Assembly (NCBI GenBank): GCA_048881705.1
Contig: JBHLSH010000006.1
Location: 1-64,000 of the forward strand
Source: Candidatus Heimdallarchaeota archaeon
Lineage (GTDB): Archaea > Asgardarchaeota > Heimdallarchaeia > Hodarchaeales > Hodarchaeaceae
Direction: 5' to 3'
DNA length: 64,000 bases
Part shown: in pieces, positions 28,626-36,976 of the stretch
Position numbering within the stretch: position 1 is the first letter of the stretch
How the letters are laid out: each line of letters starts with the position of its first letter
Position numbers and translations under genes: made by a program
Notes under the pieces: model-generated
Database searches by the model: none
Told to the model about the DNA's origin: nothing
Seen by the model: the letters and a program-made list of their open reading frames with translations, nothing else

Positions 28626-29735
28626 CTATTCTGAAATAGAAATGATCCTATGCTGCGGAAGAAAGGAAAAGTGCTTTCTGATGAGGGGATCTGCTTTAGC
28701 GTATATACTAATGTTTGCTGAATCTAGATCAGAGCCAAAATCCCTCACAAATTGCCTGGTAAACTCCTTCAAAGCGGAGCGTAATAACAAAGATACCTTA
28801 TCAGCTATTAAGAATGTCACAATCTTCTGATCGGTCTCAAAAAGAAAGATATAGTTGTCAGTCTTAATCAATTGAATTTTTTCGGTTCTATCGATCACTG
28901 ATTGAACAAACTGCACGTTTGCGGTCATCAGGTGAGGGATTAAGATATTGACATCGGGCCCCTGTTTCTTGGTGTTAAAGAGAGCATCAAATATTGAAAG
29001 CCCCATATTCATGTTCATAACCGATAATCGATATACATTGAAGGGTAAAACTCGGAGCACTCGAGCGTCAATGACAATAGCTAAAATAACAAACAGAATT
29101 CCAATTGCTAAGGCAAATATTTCAATCCCCCAAATGGCAAGCGAGATTTTGGTAGCTATCAGAATGGCTGGAACCAAAATCGGAAAAATACAACCCAAAA
29201 AGAATAGTATTGAGGCTCTACTGTAATCCTGCGGAATATAAGGGATAAAATGGCTGATTTGGTAAATAACAATAAGAGTTAGTAATAACATTTCAACAAC
29301 CAGAATCGTACGCGGGAAATCCGCGAAATACGGCCCTATTCCTGGATCCCAAAGAAAAGATTCTGGCTGGATAGCCAATATGATGCTCATTCCGACACCA
29401 AAGGTAACGGCTGTGATAAGAATACTATATGGTTTGTCGGCCCGCAAGAGTTCAATAAACAAAACAAGCAGAAAACACAACAGAATAAGAATAATCACGC
29501 CAGCGCGATAGAGGATTAGGGAGAGTTGGAATTCAATATTGGCGATTGTGTATAACAAAGTGTGAAGCAAAAAATAGGGTACAAGCAAGAGGTGAATTAT
29601 CGTTAGAATAATAAGTGGGCGAGATCTTGAGGAACGATACACCGAGAGGGTTAAATAAAACCCCAACAGTGTAAGTAAGAGCGAAATAAACGCTAATATG
29701 GTATACTGCAGTTGATTAGCGGTTAAAGGGCTCAT
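28626..29735 (-). CDS. 7-TM membrane protein with C-terminal longin-like domain
   Basis: Seven hydrophobic segments in residues ~10-225, then VYRLSVMNMNMGLSIFD...IQLIKTDNYIFLFE....TFLIAD...LRSALKEFTRQF...F. Confidence 0.65.
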   Translation of the reverse strand: MSPLTANQLQYTILAFISLLLTLLGFYLTLSVYRSSRSRPLIILTIIHLLLVPYFLLHTLLYTIANIEFQLSLILYRAGVIILILLCFLLVLFIELLRADKPYSILITAVTFGVGMSIILAIQPESFLWDPGIGPYFADFPRTILVVEMLLLTLIVIYQISHFIPYIPQDYSRASILFFLGCIFPILVPAILIATKISLAIWGIEIFALAIGILFVILAIVIDARVLRVLPFNVYRLSVMNMNMGLSIFDALFNTKKQGPDVNILIPHLMTANVQFVQSVIDRTEKIQLIKTDNYIFLFETDQKIVTFLIADKVSLLLRSALKEFTRQFVRDFGSDLDSANISIYAKADPLIRKHFSFLPQHRIISISE

Positions 29736-30178
29736 ATGGTTAAGGAAAAGTTCTAATGTTATTTTAACCTACTGAAATAATTTACACCCGTAATTTACGA
29801 AATTAATGTTAAAGCGGATCTAGGTTTCCCCAATGAAAATGGATATCTCGCTATTTGATTACTCCGCCAACTGGATTGCGGGCATATTGAAGCCTTTGAT
29901 TTCATCCAATCGCTTACTACCTAATTCGGGTTAAAGACAACGACATTTCTTAAGAGAAGAAGAATTAGTCCATCTCTTTCCGATCACTAATCCTAGAAAG
30001 GGCCTTTTCATTAATATTATCTCCGCTACGGGATTTGTTAAAAACTGGGTTGTTTTTTCTCTGATTCGTCAGGAATATTGCAGATAATGCAATAGTACTC
30101 TCATAGAGGATAAATCCTAATGCGCCGTTTTTTAATATTGGTTTAAGCTCTTATCGACACTCAAGGAGATTAACCAAC

Positions 30179-31483
30179 ATGAATTATGAGTCACAATTTA
30201 TTAAAGAGACAAAAGATAGAATCAAGAATCTTCAAAGGCAAGGTCAACCCAACAAAATTCCTTCCATGGTTTCGGAGTTCTGGAATACTGTACAATCATC
30301 AGATTATCCAATTATTGAAAGATTGGAAGATGCAAACATCGCCAACAACAATACAGAATATAATTTCGTCACGTTTTTATATCGTACCAGTAAAAATGTT
30401 GATAATGTATTCTTGTTGGCCGAATTCAACTTCATTGATCCAAAAGATTATTTATTTGAACATATTGATGGAACTGACATTTTTTATAAAACATTCTTGC
30501 TTCCAAAAGGTGCACAAGCGGAGTATAGGATCTTTGAAAATGATCCGCTTGATGGTATCTTTGCAGGAGCTAAATATCAAAACCGTTTGGAGAGGTTTCA
30601 CGAACACCCAGATAAATTAAGTAGACATATTCGACGGATTCCTAATGGGTATCTGGGAAAAAAAGACCTTTTTATTGCCAGTTTACGTCCTTTTCCCCCA
30701 GAAATCTCCAATTTTGTGAATAATAAGAATCAGCAGAAGGGCGAAATTTCGACATATGAGCAGGAGAGCGATATCCTTGGATGTTCCAGAAAAATAAGTC
30801 TCTATACTCCAGCTGATTATAACGCCGAAGCAGCCTACAAGTTCATATTCATACATGATGGAAGTGCTGCTTTGAGCTATGGCGAAACACACACCCTAAT
30901 TGATTATCTAATTGCTTCAAAAGCCATCTCTCCCGTTGTTGGAATTTTTACCGATCCTGGAGTAAAAAATGGGAATACAACGCGAAATGAGGAATATCCA
31001 TGTAATCCTCACTATGCACGCTCAATTGTTCAGGAAATACTTCCTTGGGTTCGGGAAAACGTTAGCATTAGCAGCGATCCGAACGATGGGATTATCGCGG
31101 GTTCTAGTTACGGCGGATTAGCCTCCTTCTATTACAGTTTCATGTACCCCGAAAGCATTGCCAATGTTCTATCTCTATCAGGTTCCTTCCATTGGGGAAG
31201 GCCAGATGAAGATTATCCTTATGAGTGGCTCCCCCGAAAGATTGCCTTCTCCGAGAAGAAAGCAATAAAGGCATATTTGGAGGTAGGGAAGCTCGAGGGA
31301 GAATATCATTGGAATAGCCCTGGATTTCCAAATCAGATCGTCAGTCATAGACACTTCGTAACTATTTTGAGGATGAAAGGGTATTCATACGAATATAATG
31401 AATACAACGGTGATCACAGCCCTACTTCCTGGATAAAACCCCTAGAAAGGGGATTACGGTATTTTTTGGGTAAAAGAACTTGA
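30179..31483 (+). CDS. Enterochelin esterase (Fes)-like alpha/beta hydrolase
   Basis: N-terminal VTFLYR beta domain; RKISLYTP, FIHDG, GSSYGG, SLSGSF and GDH motifs; AGGAG RBS. Confidence 0.88.
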   Translation: MNYESQFIKETKDRIKNLQRQGQPNKIPSMVSEFWNTVQSSDYPIIERLEDANIANNNTEYNFVTFLYRTSKNVDNVFLLAEFNFIDPKDYLFEHIDGTDIFYKTFLLPKGAQAEYRIFENDPLDGIFAGAKYQNRLERFHEHPDKLSRHIRRIPNGYLGKKDLFIASLRPFPPEISNFVNNKNQQKGEISTYEQESDILGCSRKISLYTPADYNAEAAYKFIFIHDGSAALSYGETHTLIDYLIASKAISPVVGIFTDPGVKNGNTTRNEEYPCNPHYARSIVQEILPWVRENVSISSDPNDGIIAGSSYGGLASFYYSFMYPESIANVLSLSGSFHWGRPDEDYPYEWLPRKIAFSEKKAIKAYLEVGKLEGEYHWNSPGFPNQIVSHRHFVTILRMKGYSYEYNEYNGDHSPTSWIKPLERGLRYFLGKRT

Positions 31484-31760
31484 GGATTGCCCTTTCCAAA
31501 GAAATCTCCATCAAATAATTCGAAATTGCCTGATTGCAGTATCAGGTTGGTCCTAGACGGAGGTTATCCTGAGGAACTGGTGAATATGCATAGAATCGTG
31601 GAATGAATAGTAAACTCTCTCCAAAATCATTCTATATGGAAATCATCCAATATTACAGAGTCAGAATACAGAGTTCGTAGATAGAACGAAAAAAACGATA
31701 ACCGATATAATTACCTATATATGCAGTTATAGATACCGCGGATGTTCGAGATGAATTCGC

Positions 31761-32114
31761 TTGCTGGATGATCTCCTCCTATCAAAATGGCAAACCGAGT
31801 ACAAGAAAGGGTTTTCTAAACCTCTCATCCTTTTCACGCTCGCCAAAATAGGAAGTAGTTATGCCTATCTTCTCACAAAGAAGATTATGGAGTTAACAAA
31901 TGGAGAGATATCGATAGCAGGTTCGAATATTTATCCTATGCTAGCAAAACTAGAAGAAGACCGATTGATAATCAGTCAAAAAGACGAAAATGATAGAAAA
32001 TACTACGAGCTGAGTGAAACTGGTAGGGATTTTTTGGAACAGTTAGAACTCTCGATTAAAGAATTTAATGAGATAATGCTAGGATTAACCAAGAAAGATG
32101 AAGGAGAGCTCTAA
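31761..32114 (+). CDS. PadR family transcriptional regulator
   Basis: KGFSKPLILFTL....SYAYLL......GSNIYPMLAKLEE......RKYYELSETG. TTG start. Confidence 0.92.
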   Translation: MLDDLLLSKWQTEYKKGFSKPLILFTLAKIGSSYAYLLTKKIMELTNGEISIAGSNIYPMLAKLEEDRLIISQKDENDRKYYELSETGRDFLEQLELSIKEFNEIMLGLTKKDEGEL

Positions 32115-32790
32115 AGTAATGTCCCGATCGAAGGCTTTGGATCCTATTGACGGTTATCTACGAGAGGTAAGTGCCTTGCTTCCCTACCCTGAGGAAAGAA
32201 AAGCTCCCATCCTTGGAGAATTAAAAAAGGATGTAGAAGATGCGATGGGCGCTGAAAAACGTCCTCCTTCTGTCGTTTTTGGATCCCCAGTCGAAGTAGC
32301 TAAGAATCTGAGTATCGCGAATGATTGGGGAACAAAACCTGCTGGATGGGGAACACGTCTGATCGCTTCATTCATTGATTACGTGGCGACCCTAGGAGTC
32401 TTCATTCTGTTCGCTATCATTCAACTTATCCTATCGGACTTTCAAATCGATGAAATAAGATGGAATTCAATGCACATTCCTTTTGGTTTGCTTTTTATAG
32501 GTATTCCAATTATGGGGTTACTTTTGAGTTATTTTATTATTCTTGAAAAGACCTATTCCACAACCCTTGGGAAGAGAATATTGGGTCTTATAGTTGTAGA
32601 CGAGTCAGGGATTAATATAACTTGGACCCAGTCTTTGATTCGCAACTTTACAAAAGTTCCTTTTCTGACCTCATTTTTGCCATTCGATATTATTTTTGGG
32701 ATTGTATCGGAAAAAACACGCGGTAGGAAGCAGAGAGTTTTGGATTTTGTCGCAGGGACCAAAGTAATGCAGCAAAAAAAACGGATGTAA
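32098..32790 (+). CDS. RDD family membrane protein with N-terminal helical extension
   Basis: AGWGTRLIASFIDY, TLGKRILGLIV, IRN and QRVLDFVAGTKV motifs. Alternative start ATG 32119 after AAGGAG. Confidence 0.88.
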   Translation: MKESSKVMSRSKALDPIDGYLREVSALLPYPEERKAPILGELKKDVEDAMGAEKRPPSVVFGSPVEVAKNLSIANDWGTKPAGWGTRLIASFIDYVATLGVFILFAIIQLILSDFQIDEIRWNSMHIPFGLLFIGIPIMGLLLSYFIILEKTYSTTLGKRILGLIVVDESGINITWTQSLIRNFTKVPFLTSFLPFDIIFGIVSEKTRGRKQRVLDFVAGTKVMQQKKRM

Positions 32791-32800
32791 GGGTGCTTTT

Positions 32801-35800
32801 ATGGGATTAAGATCGAGTTTACTTATAGCTAAAAGAGCATTAACACGTAGAAAAGCCAAGAATATCAGTGCCATCCTTGCCATTACGTTAGGCGTAACGT
32901 TGATGGTTGGAATTCAGATAACAACGGATACGTTGGAGAACTCCTTTCTAACCGGTTTACTTCTTGATGAAGGCGAAGTGGACATTCGAGTTGGAAATGC
33001 AACGGGGAATTATCTAGCTATTGAAGTTCAGGATAACATCTCTGAGCTAGTTCCAGACGGAAAAATAATGCCTGAGCTGACATCACGAGGTCCTGTAATG
33101 GCGGGTTCTCAGTTTGAAGACTCCGTTCAATTTGCAGGGATTCCCTCCCAATATCCAGAGATCTTTGGTGACTTTTATGATTGGTTTACTCAAGAAAAAA
33201 TGAATATTAGTGATTATTTAACTGATAATAAAAGCGTTTTGTTGTCAAGCAACTTGGCCGAGGATTTGGATATAGAAAAAGACAGTCAATTACCAATAAC
33301 CTTGGTTACAGAGTTTAATAACCAATCCATCATTCTTCTACCAAATGGGACTGGTCCCCCCATTCCAACCCCGATTTTTACTGTCGAACAGGTTAATCTC
33401 TCTGTTGTAGGTTTATATGACTCCAATAGACCAGGGATTGGAGCGCAATATACTGGTCTTTTGATGTCCCTAAAGGGCCTTCAAGATTGGCTGAGTCTTC
33501 AGGATTTTTCTCGAAACTCAAATTTGGTTAGTTCCTATTTGATATCCTTTCAATCTGATCACTTTAATACCCGTATTGACCCTGATTTCCTACAGGAGAA
33601 GCTAGATTTTTTAAATGAAACTCTACCTGTCGGCCTTGTTAATGGAGAAACTCAACAGTTATTCGCGGCATCGTCTCCCCGTTTACTGTTTACGGAAATT
33701 ATTGATCTTGTCTTCAGCTTCATGTCTACCTTTTTAAATGTTCTAGGTCTGTTGATAGTACTCACGGGAGTATTACTTATAACAAATGTTCAACTAATGA
33801 GTGTTGAAGACCGAGAGTTCCAAACTGGCGTATTACGAGCTGTAGGGGAAAAAAGAAGAGGGATTTTTGTTTCTATGCTCTCTGAAACTCTTTTTCAAGG
33901 TGTTATCGGGGGGATAATTGGATTGGGTGGAGGACTAATTTTTGGTCAAGTCGTCGCACTCTATATCGCCAGTCTTTTTGAGACAGGCCAGTTTAGCGTC
34001 CGACCAGTCATAAATCAAACCATTATCATTTTCTCCGTCCTTATTGGCGTTGCCCTCGGTATTCTTACAGGCCTTCTCCCAGCATTACGAGCTTCACGTG
34101 TGAATGTGGTAGAAGCCCTTCGCGGCATTAAAATTCAATTCGAGGAAAAATCTGGTAGAAACCTAGTATTATTAAGCGTGTTGCTGGTAATCGGTGGAAC
34201 ACTCATTCTCTTAACAAATGGAGTTTTTGATGATAGTCTACAATACATTTGGGAAATTGAAGGATGGGACTCATTGGACGAATGGAGGAATATCCTCCTT
34301 GGATCGGCAATTCTCTTTTCTGGCCTTGGTATCATTCTATCTAGCTTTATAGACCGGATCAAGGCCCTTAATTTGACAGCACTCGTCATCTGGGCAGCGC
34401 CAGTTTTTCTGTTTGTCGTGGCAATGGGAGAAGGGTGGATCTCTGAATTTTCAGGTGGTCCATTTAATATCGATGTTTTTATCATTGCAATAATAGAGGT
34501 TGTAGTTGGATCGGTGTTAATTGTTGGTCTTAATTTGTCTCCCCTGATGAGATTCCTACGTAGAGCACTTATGCGAATAAGAGGTGTTAAAGGAGTGGCT
34601 CAAGTTGCACCAGCTCTAATCTCATCGCATAAGACACGTTCAACTCTAACCTTTGCAATCTTTGCAGTAGTTCTCACTCTGAATGTTGTAGTCGCAGCGC
34701 TTGTAGCAACTAACCTTTCTAGCTCGATAGGCCAGGCCGAGACAGACTCTCGCGGTATAGATTTATTTGTCTCACTTAACAAGCCTGAAGTGGTATTAAA
34801 CGATACCTCCTATACAAAACTATTATTTAACGTATCCGATAGTATAACTGACGTCATAGGGATGAAAACATTCCACAGCAGGACGGATTTCACCAAATAT
34901 ATCGCCCTAAAAAAACCCGGCTCTGAGGGATACAATCCATCGACAGACCATCTTCCGCTCAAATTTGTAGAACTACGGTCAGAGCAAATCAGAGGCAATG
35001 CCACTAGCGCTGGAGATGAAAACTGGAGATATGATAGCTTTTTAGGGAGTTTTCCTGATGGCGTCGGTGAACTTTCTTCCTCCTCTGGAGGTTTCTTCGG
35101 TCCTGGCTTTGGTGGTCAATCTGATGATTTGGAAGCATTGGAACTCTCAAAAAAAGCATTTGATGCTTTCTTCAATTCCTCCTATACCATGGCTGCATAT
35201 AATGTGTCGTTCTCATTGTCCTCCCTAAGCGATTTTGACATTGAAGACTTTTCATCTTTTTTTGAATCGGATTTGGAAGATGTAGAAAAATTAGAGAATG
35301 AGAACGGGTCATTAATTAAAAATCCTATCGTTTTTACCGATTCTCTAATCCTCCCACTTGGAATGCAGATCTTTGTGCCTATGAATATGACATTTAGTCC
35401 CTCGGCTAATAGAACAGAAATTGTTTATCAACCGTTCACAATTGGTGGGAAGTTTGACCGAGAACGAACTGTCGGATTTGCTCTCTCGGGTGGTGGCTTT
35501 TCTACCAGAGCTATCGGAGAAGAGAGTGATCAATCAAACTTTCTGGGGAGAATCTATATTCCTGAGCGGTTTTCAAAATATACGAATTTTTTTGGTGAAG
35601 CTGGAGGAGCTTCCTACTCTTCAAGAAAACTGAATCAATTTGACACCTTTCTAATTAAAACCTCCTATGCGTTTGATGATCCAAGGATAGAAGAACTTGC
35701 TATCAAGATCGAGAATTTCACAAATACAGAAGAAGCCGGATATAGAAAATTAGCTAATGATGACTTTCTGGTTGCAACCACTACCTCATTGTATTCCGAG

Positions 35801-36217
35801 GTAGAAGCAAGCTTGGAATCGACCGTACAGATGACATCATTCCTAACAATCTACGTTAATTTCGGATTAATTATCGGTGCTGTGGGAATGGCCGTGATTA
35901 GCGTTAGAAATGTTTCTGAAAGAAAACGAGAAATAGGGATGATGCGCGCAATAGGATTCCCAAGATTTCAGGTTATGTTAGCTGCCCTCTTGGAGCTATT
36001 GGTGTTAGGATTTATTGGTTTAATCATTGGTGTTGTCAACGGGCTTTTGATTAACGTCGGCTTTGCTAATATGATGGAAGTGCCGATAGTTATCCCATGG
36101 GACACATTAGCAGCCTATCTTTCTTTAATTACCCTTATAGGATTGCTTGCAGGAGCTATACCTGGATTCATTGCTTCCAGAATACCTGCCGCGGAGGCCT
36201 TGAGATATGTTGGATAA
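32801..36217 (+). CDS. Double-FtsX/MacB-type ABC transporter permease
   Basis: Two MacB-like halves with SVEDREFQTGVLRAVG and VSERKREIGMMRAIG coupling motifs; two large extracytoplasmic domains. Confidence 0.92.
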   Translation: MGLRSSLLIAKRALTRRKAKNISAILAITLGVTLMVGIQITTDTLENSFLTGLLLDEGEVDIRVGNATGNYLAIEVQDNISELVPDGKIMPELTSRGPVMAGSQFEDSVQFAGIPSQYPEIFGDFYDWFTQEKMNISDYLTDNKSVLLSSNLAEDLDIEKDSQLPITLVTEFNNQSIILLPNGTGPPIPTPIFTVEQVNLSVVGLYDSNRPGIGAQYTGLLMSLKGLQDWLSLQDFSRNSNLVSSYLISFQSDHFNTRIDPDFLQEKLDFLNETLPVGLVNGETQQLFAASSPRLLFTEIIDLVFSFMSTFLNVLGLLIVLTGVLLITNVQLMSVEDREFQTGVLRAVGEKRRGIFVSMLSETLFQGVIGGIIGLGGGLIFGQVVALYIASLFETGQFSVRPVINQTIIIFSVLIGVALGILTGLLPALRASRVNVVEALRGIKIQFEEKSGRNLVLLSVLLVIGGTLILLTNGVFDDSLQYIWEIEGWDSLDEWRNILLGSAILFSGLGIILSSFIDRIKALNLTALVIWAAPVFLFVVAMGEGWISEFSGGPFNIDVFIIAIIEVVVGSVLIVGLNLSPLMRFLRRALMRIRGVKGVAQVAPALISSHKTRSTLTFAIFAVVLTLNVVVAALVATNLSSSIGQAETDSRGIDLFVSLNKPEVVLNDTSYTKLLFNVSDSITDVIGMKTFHSRTDFTKYIALKKPGSEGYNPSTDHLPLKFVELRSEQIRGNATSAGDENWRYDSFLGSFPDGVGELSSSSGGFFGPGFGGQSDDLEALELSKKAFDAFFNSSYTMAAYNVSFSLSSLSDFDIEDFSSFFESDLEDVEKLENENGSLIKNPIVFTDSLILPLGMQIFVPMNMTFSPSANRTEIVYQPFTIGGKFDRERTVGFALSGGGFSTRAIGEESDQSNFLGRIYIPERFSKYTNFFGEAGGASYSSRKLNQFDTFLIKTSYAFDDPRIEELAIKIENFTNTEEAGYRKLANDDFLVATTTSLYSEVEASLESTVQMTSFLTIYVNFGLIIGAVGMAVISVRNVSERKREIGMMRAIGFPRFQVMLAALLELLVLGFIGLIIGVVNGLLINVGFANMMEVPIVIPWDTLAAYLSLITLIGLLAGAIPGFIASRIPAAEALRYVG

Positions 36218-36230
36218 TGGAGGTAAAAGA

Positions 36231-36974
36231 ATGTTAGAAACGATCGCAGAAGATCCAGATTTTGTTGAGGCAGAACCAATCCTCTATATCACCGATTTGC
36301 ATAAACGTTATAACGAGGGAAAATCGAATGAAGTACATGCTCTTCGTGGATTAGACCTGGAGGTAAAAAAAGGGGATATGATGGCAATTATGGGACCTTC
36401 CGGGTGCGGAAAAACAACCCTACTCAACATGATCGGACATTTGGATGTTAGTTCGGGAGGAACAATTGTAATCAGTGGCATTGATACCGGAGAGCTTTCC
36501 GATCGGGAGATGACTGCCTTTCGAAGAGACAACATCGGTTTCATATTTCAGCTCTTCAATTTGTTTCCGTTTTTGACAGCGGTAGAGAACGTAGAAACTC
36601 CCCTATTATTAAAGGGCCTTAAATCAGGAGTTGCAAGAGAACAGGCCAAAATGCTTTTGAGAGACCTAGGAATGGGAGATCGACTATATCATTATCCCTT
36701 AGAGCTTTCAGGTGGCCAACAACAACGAGTTGCAATCGCGCGTGCTTTGATTAATCAGCCTGCGATTATTCTGGGTGACGAACCGACGGGAGATCTGGAC
36801 AGTACCACAAGTGCAGTGATAATGGAACTCTTTCGTAGAATAAATACGATGAATAAACAGACATTTGTTCTGGTTACGCACAACAGGTGGATTGCCGAAA
36901 AATGCGATTACATCGTCCATATGACCGATGGGGTAATTTCCAATGTTGAGTATGGCCCGTTTCAGGAGGACTAG
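36231..36974 (+). CDS. LolD/MacB-type ABC ATP-binding protein
   Basis: GPSGCGKT, LSGGQQQR, ILGDEPTG and VTH motifs. Start ATG 36231 after GGAGGT. Confidence 0.95.
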   Translation: MLETIAEDPDFVEAEPILYITDLHKRYNEGKSNEVHALRGLDLEVKKGDMMAIMGPSGCGKTTLLNMIGHLDVSSGGTIVISGIDTGELSDREMTAFRRDNIGFIFQLFNLFPFLTAVENVETPLLLKGLKSGVAREQAKMLLRDLGMGDRLYHYPLELSGGQQQRVAIARALINQPAIILGDEPTGDLDSTTSAVIMELFRRINTMNKQTFVLVTHNRWIAEKCDYIVHMTDGVISNVEYGPFQED

Positions 36975-36976
36975 CA

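Noticed and set aside
31700-31740. ATATA-N6-TATAT and AGATACCG upstream of padR, loosely similar to 41104-41130
   Set aside because: AT-rich and short; the similarity could be chance without more sites.
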